This document shows positions 39,552 to 48,864 of a stretch of DNA of 64,000 bases, in pieces. Location of the stretch: NCBI GenBank assembly GCA_016187565.1, contig JACPJR010000026.1:44232-108231 (forward strand). The letters are read 5' to 3'. Every line of letters starts with the position of its first letter. The stretch's first letter is position 1. Under the pieces are notes generated by a model, which saw nothing but the letters and a program-made list of their open reading frames with translations, searched no databases and was not told where the DNA came from. A program made the translations under genes and the position numbers. The stretch is from Candidatus Woesearchaeota archaeon (GTDB lineage: Archaea; Nanobdellota; Nanobdellia; Woesearchaeales; JACPJR01).

Positions 39552-40525
39552 GTTGTTATTTGTACTTGGGGAGAACGAGTTGCCTGATTGACTAATGTTG
39601 TTCCAATGCCCTGACCTATATAAAATGACTGTTGCGAAAAGACCTCACCAAGGACATCAAAGAGCGTACGCTTTTTCTCATAGCGGACGAGTTGGGGAGT
39701 TTCCTCGATCGATTCTTCGAGAATAGCGAAGACTTCATCCTGGCCACCCAAGACATCGACTAACCCAAGGTCTTTGGCCTCAACACCTAAAAAGAACTCT
39801 CCAGTAGCTATCTCCTTTACGGTGGCTTTATCAAGATTACGGTTGTCTGCTACTTCCTGAATAAAATACGCATGGATACGGTCAATTTTTTGTTGGAGCA
39901 ATGCACGTTCTGAATCACTAAGGCTTTTCATGGGTGAACCCAGTTCTTTGTATGTCCCGCCAGTCATCTCTTGATAGGTGATGTTATAACGTCTCAAGAA
40001 TCCCGAGAATTCAAGATACGAAGCAACAACGCCTATACTTCCGGTAATGGACATGCGATTTGCCACAATAACATCGGTTGTTGAGGCAACCCAGTATCCA
40101 CCAGATGCACCTACCTCACGAATCCAGGCAACGGTTGGCTTGGTTGTTTTTTTTATTGCTGTGCCAATCTCATCACTCGCAACTGCCGAACCTCCAGGAG
40201 AGTTGATTTCGAAAAGAATTGCCTTAATCGTAGGATCGTTTTCAGCTTGTTCAATAAAAGCCACGATGTCTGTTGAGGAAGTAACATCATCGCTAAAGAA
40301 CCCGGAGCTACGTTCAGTTAGAATGATTCCTGTAATCGGAATGACGGCAACATTGCCGCTTCCTCCATAACTCGAGGAGTCTCCTGCAAAAAGAAACGCA
40401 ATGACTCCAGCGATGAGCATGCTCACGATAAGGACAGCACCGATAATCAGAAGGACAAACAGCCAGCGAAGCCAGCTCTTTTTCTGGGTGCCTTTTTCCT
40501 GATCTTTTTTTGTTTGGAGTGCCAT
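39548..40525 (-). CDS. sppA: Signal peptide peptidase SppA (S49 family)
   Basis: N-terminal TM anchor; AILFEINSPGGSAVASDEI and GGYWVAST blocks of the S49 peptidase family. Confidence 0.75.
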   Translation of the reverse strand: MALQTKKDQEKGTQKKSWLRWLFVLLIIGAVLIVSMLIAGVIAFLFAGDSSSYGGSGNVAVIPITGIILTERSSGFFSDDVTSSTDIVAFIEQAENDPTIKAILFEINSPGGSAVASDEIGTAIKKTTKPTVAWIREVGASGGYWVASTTDVIVANRMSITGSIGVVASYLEFSGFLRRYNITYQEMTGGTYKELGSPMKSLSDSERALLQQKIDRIHAYFIQEVADNRNLDKATVKEIATGEFFLGVEAKDLGLVDVLGGQDEVFAILEESIEETPQLVRYEKKRTLFDVLGEVFSQQSFYIGQGIGTTLVNQATRSPQVQITT

Positions 40526-40606
40526 AATGCTTGTCAGAGGAAAGACTGCCTTAATAAAACTTGCGATAAATAATCCGAAAACTGATGATATCTGGTACGG
40601 TTAATC

Positions 40607-42058
40607 CTAGCTCTTGTGGTTTTCTCTATCCTTTTGTGGGAGATCTTTTGGCAGATTTGGCCGGGTTAAGCTCTCTGGATCAAGGATGGCTGCTACTTTC
40701 TCTTTGTTCAAGAGGTTTTTCTCAACAACCAAGTCTTTCAGTGGGATTCCTGTACGACGAGCTTCTTTGACCAATGCAGCAACAAGGTCATACCCAAGGT
40801 AGGGATTAAAGGCCGTACCTACTGCGAGAGAATGCTCGAAGTACCATGCACACTGTTCTTTATTAACGGTAATTCCGATAATGCATTTGTTCGTAAATAT
40901 GCGAACTGCATTGGTAAGGATTTCAAGTGATTCAAGAAGGGTATTGCCGATTAAGGGCATATGGGTGTTAAGCTCAAGGTTTCCTGCAGTTGCTGCCATG
41001 GTTATGGTTACATTATTTCCCATCACTCTGTAGCAGACCATATTCATCGCTTCAGGGATGCTTGGGTTGATCTTTCCCGGCATTATTGAGGATCCTGGTT
41101 CAACCGCAGGAAGGGTGATTTCATTAAATCCAGTTGTCGGACCAGAAGCCATTAAGCGTAAATCATTGGCTATTTTGTTGAGATCAATGGCAAGGTTATT
41201 CAGTAAGCCAGAGAGCGCAGCAAGATCAGTTAAGAACTGCGTGCTTTCAATACCATCACTGGTTACTTTATATTCTTCGGTTACCTTCTGTTTACTCTGT
41301 TCTGGTGATGCATTGAGATAGCGAATAATCGTAGCGCGAAATTCAGGATAGGTGTTAATCCCTGTACCAACGGCATTTCCTCCAATTCCTAATTCGCAGA
41401 GAAAGGTTTTGGTCTGTTTCAGTCGTTCGATGTGTTTTTGTATGGCAGTAGCATAGGCGGTAAATTCCTGACCTAAGGTAATGGGAACAGCATCCTGGAG
41501 GTGGGTTCGTCCTGCCTTACCTACCCGTACAAAAGCAGATGCTTTTTTCTCCAGTTCTTTTTTGAGTTGTGTTAAGCCATCGAGTAAGTCATTAACCAAA
41601 TCAAGGGCGGTTATTCGTATAGCTGAAGGAATAACATTATTCGTCGATTGGCCTTTATTGACATCATCATGAGGATGCACGGGACTTTTCAGGCCTTTGT
41701 TACTTCCCCTGAGTTCATTGGCACGATTAGCAATAACTTCATTGACATTCATATTCGTGCTTGTCCCTGAACCTGCCTGAAAAATATCTACAGGGAATTG
41801 GTCGGCAAATTTTCCTTCGTTGATCTCATGGCATGCCTGCACCATGGCTGTTGTTTTCTCAGCACTCAAGAGACCAAGCTCATGGTTTGCCTGGGCGCAT
41901 GCTAACTTCAGTTGGACAATAGCCGAGATCAGCTTTGGATGCCACGGTTTGCCACTAATGGGAAAATTCTGGAGAGAACGTTGCGTGTGGATACCAAAGT
42001 AAGCATCAGCTGGAACAGAAAGTTCTCCAAGAGAATCCTTTTCAGTGCGAAAAGTCAT
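40607..42058 (-). CDS. Fumarate hydratase class II / aspartate ammonia-lyase family enzyme
   Basis: Signature GSSIMPGKINP and N-terminal KDSLGELSVPADAYFGIHTQRS; 483 aa. The sequence alone does not firmly discriminate FumC from AspA. Confidence 0.8.
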   Translation of the reverse strand: MTFRTEKDSLGELSVPADAYFGIHTQRSLQNFPISGKPWHPKLISAIVQLKLACAQANHELGLLSAEKTTAMVQACHEINEGKFADQFPVDIFQAGSGTSTNMNVNEVIANRANELRGSNKGLKSPVHPHDDVNKGQSTNNVIPSAIRITALDLVNDLLDGLTQLKKELEKKASAFVRVGKAGRTHLQDAVPITLGQEFTAYATAIQKHIERLKQTKTFLCELGIGGNAVGTGINTYPEFRATIIRYLNASPEQSKQKVTEEYKVTSDGIESTQFLTDLAALSGLLNNLAIDLNKIANDLRLMASGPTTGFNEITLPAVEPGSSIMPGKINPSIPEAMNMVCYRVMGNNVTITMAATAGNLELNTHMPLIGNTLLESLEILTNAVRIFTNKCIIGITVNKEQCAWYFEHSLAVGTAFNPYLGYDLVAALVKEARRTGIPLKDLVVEKNLLNKEKVAAILDPESLTRPNLPKDLPQKDRENHKS

Positions 42059-42086
42059 GTTTATACCGGAGAGATCTCATGTATTA

Positions 42087-42776
42087 TTAAGGTTTTGGTT
42101 GGTTTTCGTGGATTAAGGTTCGTAAGAGATCGGGCATGACTTTCTTTTCTGCTCTCCGCAGATGTTCACGGAAGGTTGAAAGCGAGCATTTAGCCTCACC
42201 CGCGAGCTGTCTGAGTTCAACCTTTCGCGGATAATTATAATAGCCCCGTACAATAGCAAGATTTAATGCCCGCTTTTGTGGATCAGTCAGCTTGGGCAAA
42301 AACACCGGAAAGTAGATGTCCTTGCACTTTACCTGCTCGATTTTCAGGATCTTAAAGATCTCTAGGTCATGAATTTCGGTTTTTACCTCTTGAATCCACG
42401 TCATGAGATGGTTTTTGACGGTTGATCCCACTTCATAATATTCATAGCCTTCTGGATCATGATACACCGGTTTGGTAAGAAAAACATTCCTTCCTAATAG
42501 GGATGAAGGTATCCGTTCCCTGACTGGCTTTTTGCTCGTCAGCACTAAGGTATTTCCCTGCTGATCGAACTTCACGACATCAGGGTCATGTTTGAGAGCT
42601 TCCATGAAATTCTTGATCTGCTGGTCATTACCAAAGAGGGTTGCCATTCGTGAATACAGGACGTTGTTCCCTTCGGTATAATAATCAAGGGGAACAGCGA
42701 GCAGTTCAACGTGAAACGCCCTGCATTTGTTCCCCATCATACAGTTATGCCGGAGCTTGATCTTCATGATCCACAT
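42087..42776 (-). CDS. HTH_10 (bacterio-opsin activator-type) DNA-binding protein
   Basis: C-terminal LTDPQKRALNLAIVRGYYNYPRKVELRQLAGEAKCSLSTFREHLRRAEKKV. Confidence 0.55.
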   Translation of the reverse strand: MWIMKIKLRHNCMMGNKCRAFHVELLAVPLDYYTEGNNVLYSRMATLFGNDQQIKNFMEALKHDPDVVKFDQQGNTLVLTSKKPVRERIPSSLLGRNVFLTKPVYHDPEGYEYYEVGSTVKNHLMTWIQEVKTEIHDLEIFKILKIEQVKCKDIYFPVFLPKLTDPQKRALNLAIVRGYYNYPRKVELRQLAGEAKCSLSTFREHLRRAEKKVMPDLLRTLIHENQPKP

Positions 42777-42810
42777 AGTTGTACCTCATTCTCTGCACTG
42801 ATGTAGTGAC

Positions 42811-43416
42811 CTAATGTTTTGCTTTATTCCTTCCCCGTTGTTGAACGTGTGCTAATCGTTGTAAGATCGCCTTGTGGTCAGGCGATGAGCTATAGCCTTT
42901 ACAAAATGCAGACCAGCATGCATCTGCAATAGTATAATGTTTACTTGCCAATGCCTGTTGTAAGAGATGGAGGTCTACAGCTTTATCCTCTCTTTTGGTT
43001 GAAAAAAAGCTTAATCCAAAATCAACAAACACAATCTCCTTTTCTGGGGTAAGCATAATATTTGAGGTGGTAAGATCTCCATGGATGATATGGTTGGCAT
43101 GCATGAGTCCAACGTACTTTCCGATGGTTGTGAAGAGCTGCATATACGGAGCGGACTCAAGGACATCGCTTAAGGTACTTCCCTTAATATTTTCCATGGT
43201 GACACACCTCCCTTTATCATCGATGGCCAGTAAACGAGGACAGGGGATCTTGAGCAGTGTTAATGTTTCCATGACCTTTGCCTCTCTCCGTGTCCGTTGT
43301 TTTCTTAAGACATCATCCAGTTCAGGAAGACGGTATTGCTTGGGTCTTCGCTCCTTGACAATGGCATCCTTTTCTTGTAAGAGAACTGCCTCAGCCCCTT
43401 GAGAGATGATTTTCAT
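42811..43416 (-). CDS. bud32: KEOPS complex kinase Bud32
   Basis: Small RIO-like kinase: catalytic loop HGDLTTSNIM, DFGLS motif; 201 aa, not fused to Kae1. Confidence 0.75.
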   Translation of the reverse strand: MKIISQGAEAVLLQEKDAIVKERRPKQYRLPELDDVLRKQRTRREAKVMETLTLLKIPCPRLLAIDDKGRCVTMENIKGSTLSDVLESAPYMQLFTTIGKYVGLMHANHIIHGDLTTSNIMLTPEKEIVFVDFGLSFFSTKREDKAVDLHLLQQALASKHYTIADACWSAFCKGYSSSPDHKAILQRLAHVQQRGRNKAKH

Positions 43417-43460
43417 AAACTATTATTAATGGGGGAACTATTTAAACATTATGGCAAAGG

Positions 43461-43468
43461 TATAAATA
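43461..43468 (+). promoter_or_regulatory. TATA box (tataaata) ~26-33 nt upstream of tRNA start
   Basis: Read directly; spacing typical of archaeal tRNA promoters. Confidence 0.45.
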
Positions 43469-43493
43469 TAACTACGCCTGCACTGAGCGTAAC

Positions 43494-43646
43494 GCGGGGA
43501 TGCCGGAGTGGCCAAACACGGTAAGCAACTTACCTGGGTCAGACGGGACAGGCTTAGGCATTTCAAGGTGTGATGAGCCTTAGGGCAATGAAATGAAGAC
43601 ACCTGTTGGCTTAGTGCCTTCGCAGGTTCGAATCCTGCTCCCCGCA
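43494..43646 (+). tRNA. Intron-containing class II tRNA, most likely tRNA-Leu(TAG)
   Basis: Acceptor GCGGGGA/TCCCCGC with discriminator A. T-arm GCAGG-TTCGAAT-CCTGC. Variable-arm hairpin GGC-TTAGT-GCC. Anticodon stem ACAGG (43548-52)/CCTGT (43602-06) with loop CT-TAG-G interrupted after position 37 by a 42-nt intron (43559-43600) that itself forms a CATTTCA/TGAAATG helix. An extra ~25 nt (43523-43547) between the D-arm and anticodon stem suggests a second non-canonical intron. No encoded CCA. Confidence 0.7.
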
Positions 43647-43965
43647 TTCTTTTGCTTTCTCTTGCCAGCTCTTCTTCTCGATAAGCAAGGTTAGGGAAAG
43701 AATAGAGAAAACGAAAAATAACTGTTTCTATCGGGGAGGTACAAAAGGTTGGAAAGCCAAAATTCTTATCTTACAGGATTTGAAACCCCATCTACCCTTA
43801 CCAGGGAAACAATCCATTGCGAAAACTTTATAAAGGAGGATGGATATACTTTACCAAAACAGTTCAACAATAGGCGCTTCGGCGAGGTAGAGTGCTGTCT
43901 TGCCGAGGAAGACCGTACTGAAAACGATTAAAGTACCCAAAAAAATACACATGGAGGTGTAGCGA

Positions 43966-46434
43966 ATGAGGGTAAAAAAGGCGATTAGGAAAATTGCAGC
44001 CTTAGGAGCAGGAGCAACCATGCTAGGTGCAACGGTGCTCGGAGCAATGGCTGCTGATTTAAGCAACTATCCGAACCCACTATTCATCAAGGATGGTGTG
44101 TTTGATGCTGTTTTAGTTGTTGGTGATAATGCAGCAGCAGAAGACGTGGTTGGTGTGACCAACATTGCCATTGCAATGCAGGCTGCATCAGTCAAGAAGA
44201 CTCCGGTCGATACTGGAGCTGGCAGTACTACGGTTGTACAAGGTGATGCTGCCCAGATTAAAGAAAGTACTGATTATGTTGAATTTAACGAAACGTTAAG
44301 TTCGGTAAAAACCTCAGTGACCAAAACAGATATCAAGGCTTTGGCTGATGCCAATACCGGTTCTGCACTGAACACCGCAAGCGTTTCCCAGGTTATTAAC
44401 CTGCCGAATTCTACCAGAGTCATGTGGGAGCTATGGACAGATGTTAGTGATAAACCACAGGCCTATCTCAAGGTTGATGGAAGCAGTCTTGGTTACGAGT
44501 ACAAGGCAACCTTTACTCCTGCCTGGAAATCTGATCACACCACTGCCAATAGTGGAGAACTCAAGAACTTTGAGAACAAGAAGATAACCCTTTTGGGGAA
44601 GGAATACACGATAACTGATACCGACCACAGCACTACTAACAATGTAGCACTTACCTTGATGGGCGGTGCAGGAACCTTTACCCAAAAAGAAGGAACGAGC
44701 AAGACCATTACCGTAAATGGCGTTGAATATGCCGTAACAGTTGATGCAGTTGCTTCAGGACCAAAGGCCTACTTCACGGTTAATGGAGAATCAACCGGAG
44801 ACCTTGAAGAAGGAGAAACCTACCTCTTAAAAGATGGTAGTGAGTTGGGTGTAACCAATATGATTTACTATGGTTATGCATCCGAGATTGGTAATCAGGT
44901 TACCTTTACGGTTGGAGCTAAGAAAGTAAAGCTCACTGATGCCAACACCTCTAATAACAACTATGGTGGGTCCCTTGAAGTTGGTACCAACACGGTTGAT
45001 GCTGTTGGTGTTGATATCATCACCGGAACTGATGCAGGAACAACTGAAGGTGCAGACGTTACTATTAGTGAAATCCGTGTCAAATACACGCCTTCAACGA
45101 CACTCTATATTACACCAGGAACGACCATGGATGCAGCTGCTACAAAGGAAGAGGGTGAATCCGGAAATTTCTTCCTCAGTGCTTTTGATATTGACTACAA
45201 AGGCATGGACTATGGCAAGACCGAGGAAATCTCCTTAAGTGGTTCAGACAACTACTACAAGTTGAAATGGACCAACAAGTTGGGAGGAACTGCCAATGCG
45301 GAAATCTTTTCCATCAACGGAACTGGTGTCGTACTTGGATATTATTCCTCTCCGGTCAGAGACTTGGTTCTCAACGAAACAGAACCCATTGCTGATGAGG
45401 AATACCTTGTTGTTTCCAAGAACGAGTACAGCCACATCCTCCAGTATAGGGGAATAGACATCAGTAACACCCAGGCAAAGTTTGACGATGAGAACAATGC
45501 AGGCGTTACCTATGTGGGAACCTACACGGGAACAACCGGTACGGTAACTATTGATGGTAATTCCTACACTTTTGTCGTACCAAGTTCTCCGACAGCAACC
45601 TCATCGCTTACCTCGTTTGATATGAACGGTGATGGTGACTATGGTGATGTTGCAGGAGACAGTTGTTATGGTGCAACTGACGACTTGGCAGATGGTCTTT
45701 ACACCCAGTATGGGGCCTGTATTGCGTTTAACACAACTGCGGAAAACAAGTTTTCCGTAACCAGCAACCAGATGGACGATGGTTCAACCAGAGTTACCTG
45801 GAGATCTGGTAATGTCTATGTTTCCAGTAACGAACTGCAGTACAACACAACCTCACCAACCCAGGGCTCAGAGATTTACAGCTATGCCCAACTTGGTGAC
45901 TCAACGTTGTATGAGGCAGCAGACAAGTACGGAACAATCTACCAAGAGAACAGGCCAACCAGTGGTCAGAACTCTTTGAAGATTACCTTCCCGAAGCAAC
46001 AGGCAATGGGTTTGGTCTATGTCACTGCAGGAGATACGACAACCTCAACAGGAACCAGCGGCGTCAATACTGATGACGTCCAAGAGATTGGTCTTGGTGC
46101 TGTTAAATTAGCATCTGAGATAGCCAATGTCAAGGCACAGAATGCAATTGTTGTTGGTGGACCATGTGTCAACCCAGCAGCTGCTACCTTGCTCGACAAT
46201 CCAGCTGATTGTGCATCTGGATTTACTGAAGGAAAAGCGAAGATTAAGCTCTTCCAGAACGGTGACTATGTCGCTATGCTTGTTGCAGGATATAGCGCAG
46301 CAGACACCAGACGAGCAACCAATGTAGCCTCTGACTATGCAAGCTATAAGGACCAACTTACTGGTGACGAAGTTGAAGTTACCGGTACCAGCTTGACGGA
46401 CATAACCGTTGGCAAGCCAACAGTAACTGGATAA
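43966..46434 (+). CDS. S-layer protein (Methanococcus-type S_layer_N / S_layer_C architecture)
   Basis: Signal peptide KIAALGAGATMLGATVLGAMA. N-terminal block DLSNYPNPLFIKDGVFDAVLVVGDNAAAEDVVGVTNIAIAM. C-terminal block VKAQNAIVVGGPCVNPAAATLL...YVAMLVAGYSAADTRRAT. Thr/Gly-rich central region with sequons. Confidence 0.75.
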   Translation: MRVKKAIRKIAALGAGATMLGATVLGAMAADLSNYPNPLFIKDGVFDAVLVVGDNAAAEDVVGVTNIAIAMQAASVKKTPVDTGAGSTTVVQGDAAQIKESTDYVEFNETLSSVKTSVTKTDIKALADANTGSALNTASVSQVINLPNSTRVMWELWTDVSDKPQAYLKVDGSSLGYEYKATFTPAWKSDHTTANSGELKNFENKKITLLGKEYTITDTDHSTTNNVALTLMGGAGTFTQKEGTSKTITVNGVEYAVTVDAVASGPKAYFTVNGESTGDLEEGETYLLKDGSELGVTNMIYYGYASEIGNQVTFTVGAKKVKLTDANTSNNNYGGSLEVGTNTVDAVGVDIITGTDAGTTEGADVTISEIRVKYTPSTTLYITPGTTMDAAATKEEGESGNFFLSAFDIDYKGMDYGKTEEISLSGSDNYYKLKWTNKLGGTANAEIFSINGTGVVLGYYSSPVRDLVLNETEPIADEEYLVVSKNEYSHILQYRGIDISNTQAKFDDENNAGVTYVGTYTGTTGTVTIDGNSYTFVVPSSPTATSSLTSFDMNGDGDYGDVAGDSCYGATDDLADGLYTQYGACIAFNTTAENKFSVTSNQMDDGSTRVTWRSGNVYVSSNELQYNTTSPTQGSEIYSYAQLGDSTLYEAADKYGTIYQENRPTSGQNSLKITFPKQQAMGLVYVTAGDTTTSTGTSGVNTDDVQEIGLGAVKLASEIANVKAQNAIVVGGPCVNPAAATLLDNPADCASGFTEGKAKIKLFQNGDYVAMLVAGYSAADTRRATNVASDYASYKDQLTGDEVEVTGTSLTDITVGKPTVTG

Positions 46435-46540
46435 GAGCGCAACGCTCTTTTTTCTCTTTTTTTCTTTTCCTTCTTGTTGTTGTTTATCTTCATGTTCCTG
46501 ACATTCCTCTTATATGTAGGGATGAATAGTTTACGTTTAA

Positions 46541-47110
46541 TTGTCGTTGATCACCATGAAACTTCGCTCGCTGTATAGTCTGTTATCAATGGTTCTTGCA
46601 CTCTTTTTCTCTAGTTTCCTCATGCCTCAGGTAGATGGGGCTGATCTTCATGATTATCCAGATCTTTTCTTTGCTGATGGTCATTTCAATGGGCTTTTGG
46701 TGGTTGGTGATTATGCCAATGCAGCAGATGTGGTAGGTGTTACCTATGTTGCGTTGAGCTTACAGGCATACAGCAACACTGCCATTAATGTAGAGGCTGT
46801 TCGTTTGGCCTCTGAAATAACCAATGTCAGTGCCCAAAATCTGATTGTGGTTGGCGGACCTTGTATTAATACCGTTGCAGCAGAACTAATGGATTATCCA
46901 GTTCCCTGTACCAAGGGCTTCAGTCAGGGAATGGGATCTATTCAGCTTTATGAGCATCCTAATGGAAATATTGCTATTCTTGTTGCAGGATTAGAAGCCA
47001 TTGACACCAAGCGAGCAGCGCTTGTTCTGGCAAAGTACGATCAATACCAGATTTCTGGAACGAATGTTGAGGTCACGACAAGCACTGAACCACAGATTCT
47101 TATTCGGTAA
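46541..47110 (+). CDS. Minimal S-layer paralog (N- and C-terminal S-layer domains only)
   Basis: Signal peptide, then DLHDYPDLFFADGHFNGLLVVGDYANAADVVGVTYVALSLQA fused directly to AQNLIVVGGPCINTVAAEL...IAILVAGLEAIDTKRAAL; 189 aa. Confidence 0.6.
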   Translation: MSLITMKLRSLYSLLSMVLALFFSSFLMPQVDGADLHDYPDLFFADGHFNGLLVVGDYANAADVVGVTYVALSLQAYSNTAINVEAVRLASEITNVSAQNLIVVGGPCINTVAAELMDYPVPCTKGFSQGMGSIQLYEHPNGNIAILVAGLEAIDTKRAALVLAKYDQYQISGTNVEVTTSTEPQILIR

Positions 47111-47116
47111 CCTCTT

Positions 47117-47443
47117 TTACCGCAACCCATGCAGTCGCTGAACTAACTCATCAAAAATGTTCTTTTTCTTTTCACTCGATAGAGAAAATAATACTTTTTC
47201 AATCATAGCAGTCGAAACAGTAAAGATGTAGTTTAATTTAATGACACTATCCTTGAGAGCTCCATCCTTTTTTGTCAACAGTATGCCTTTCATTTCAAGA
47301 TTGCTGGTGATACCAGCGACCACTACATTATCAAATTCGCTGAACAGCACTACGGCAGGTCTTTTTTTAATCTCAAACGTATCAGTAAACTGGACATGAG
47401 CGAGAACAATATCGCCTGGCTTAGGCATTTTCCCATGCCTCAT
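47117..47443 (-). CDS. MazF/PemK-family toxin
   Basis: PKPGDIVLAHVQF...KKRPAVVL matches the PemK/MazF N-terminal consensus; 108 aa. Overlaps the upstream antitoxin by 23 nt. Confidence 0.65.
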   Translation of the reverse strand: MRHGKMPKPGDIVLAHVQFTDTFEIKKRPAVVLFSEFDNVVVAGITSNLEMKGILLTKKDGALKDSVIKLNYIFTVSTAMIEKVLFSLSSEKKKNIFDELVQRLHGLR

Positions 47444-47645
47444 CTTCTTTGTTGTCCCACAGTTCTTTCATCTTAACTTGCTGAGTTTTATGGAGAAACT
47501 CATCATATTGGTTTCTTTTCTTTATATTCTTACATGTATGAATCATCTGCTTAATCAATTCATTATAGGTCTGTCGAGGATATTCTTTCACTTCCTTTAA
47601 TGATGCTACAACGGATTTCTCAAGTTGTATAGTTGTTGCGCTCAT
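47421..47645 (-). CDS. Putative antitoxin (RHH/MazE-like) of the MazF-like toxin
   Basis: 74 aa with N-terminal beta strand TTIQLEKSVVASL followed by helices; immediately upstream of, and overlapping, the toxin. Confidence 0.5.
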   Translation of the reverse strand: MSATTIQLEKSVVASLKEVKEYPRQTYNELIKQMIHTCKNIKKRNQYDEFLHKTQQVKMKELWDNKEDEAWENA

Positions 47646-47795
47646 TATACATCACCAATAGTAGGTATATAATCAGTTATATATAAACTTTGCTTTTCTG
47701 ATGAGTGGTTGTTTTTAAATGTGTAAACAGAATAGCAAATGGAACACCAGAATTGCCTGTCCGAAACGTTTATATAGAGAAGTAACATCAACTTC

Positions 47796-47996
47796 TTGGT
47801 GAAAGATATGACAAGGACAATAACGATAAATGAAGATATTTTTCAGGAAATGATACGGAAGAAAGAAGAATTCGATGTTATTGTGGAATCAATAGAACTT
47901 ATGAATGCTCCTGAGGTGCGAGAATCAATAAGAAGGAGCAAAGAAGATATCAACGCTGGAAGAATACACAAGCTAAAGGATGTTCTCAAAAAATGA
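47796..47996 (+). CDS. Phd/RelB-like antitoxin
   Basis: 66 aa, acidic; overlaps the downstream RelE-like gene by 4 nt (ATGA). Confidence 0.5.
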   Translation: MVKDMTRTITINEDIFQEMIRKKEEFDVIVESIELMNAPEVRESIRRSKEDINAGRIHKLKDVLKK

Positions 47997-48247
47997 GTTA
48001 TGAAGTTATATTAACCGACTCTTTCTTAAAGGATGTGAAAAAATTAAAGAATAAACCACTTGAAGAGCAGGTTCTCTACAAATTACAGGAACTTGAGGAG
48101 AGTCCAGAAAGAAACAAGAAACTACAATACGAATTGAAGGATTATTATAGAATAAGAGTAGGAAAACTTCGAATTCTTTACACCATTCAAGGCAATAGAG
48201 TTTATGTTGAAGTTCTCGTCAGAGGACATAAGTACGAAGAGGTATAG
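47993..48247 (+). CDS. RelE/ParE-family toxin
   Basis: C-terminal LKDYYRIRVGKLRILYTIQGNRVYVEVLVRGHKYEEV matches the RelE/ParE consensus. Confidence 0.7.
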   Translation: MSYEVILTDSFLKDVKKLKNKPLEEQVLYKLQELEESPERNKKLQYELKDYYRIRVGKLRILYTIQGNRVYVEVLVRGHKYEEV

Positions 48248-48300
48248 GGCGGGCAATAAACCTCACATGTGTTTTTAACTGCGTCTTTCGATCGTATAGC

Positions 48301-48588
48301 TCATTTGAAGATGTCAGAAACAGACTCTATTTTAATAGTCTTTTCTTTTTTAATCTTCGCAAGTTTCTTGATAAACGCTTCCTTGAGCGGTAATTCGTCA
48401 ACAGGATGCCAGTCTATGCTCTCACAAAACGTCCAGTCGTCATCAGAAACTTCTCCGGTTTGAAGGTACTTTTCAAAAATCAGCTTCTTTCTGGTTTCTT
48501 CTTTAGCGATCTCGCTCCAATTAACCCATTCGAAATGCTTTAGCTTTTCCTTAAATTCACTGCTTATTGATAATGTTACCGATGCCAC
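48301..48588 (-). CDS. Orphan VapB-like (SpoVT/AbrB or RHH-type) small protein, GTG start
   Basis: VTLSISSEFKEKLKHFEWVNWSEIAKEETRKKL is homologous to the VapB-like antitoxin at 62306-62533 (ITLAIPEDLHTRMREHSEIRWSEVVRKTITQKI); 95 aa. Confidence 0.4.
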   Translation of the reverse strand: MASVTLSISSEFKEKLKHFEWVNWSEIAKEETRKKLIFEKYLQTGEVSDDDWTFCESIDWHPVDELPLKEAFIKKLAKIKKEKTIKIESVSDIFK

Positions 48589-48589
48589 G

Positions 48590-48745
48590 TTAGAGCGCTC
48601 CTTTATTCTTCAATTCTTCAAACTTTAGCAATTCATGTATTCTAAGCTGGAATCTCTTTTTTAGATATTCAGCTAAGTTAATTTCAGGGAATTTATCAAT
48701 TTCTTCTTTCAATTCCTTAGGTATTGATACCGTAAAGGTAGCCAT
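48590..48745 (-). CDS. Small VapB-like paralog (51 aa)
   Basis: Manual translation MATFTVSIPKELKEEIDKFPEINLAEYLKKRFQLRIHELLKFEELKNKGAL; tandem paralog of the downstream gene; not in the ORF track. Confidence 0.35.
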   Translation of the reverse strand: MATFTVSIPKELKEEIDKFPEINLAEYLKKRFQLRIHELLKFEELKNKGAL

Positions 48746-48864
48746 AGTACGAGCACCCAACTTAGTTAATACACGAGAATTCGTTTGTCTATTTAAACTT
48801 TGCTTCTTTTGAGACGTTTATCTCTCACAAAACGTCCAGTCTTCATGAGAAATTTATTTTGTGG

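Noticed and set aside
43438-43647. 69-aa minus-strand ORF
   Set aside because: Overlaps the tRNA gene and its promoter; no coding features.
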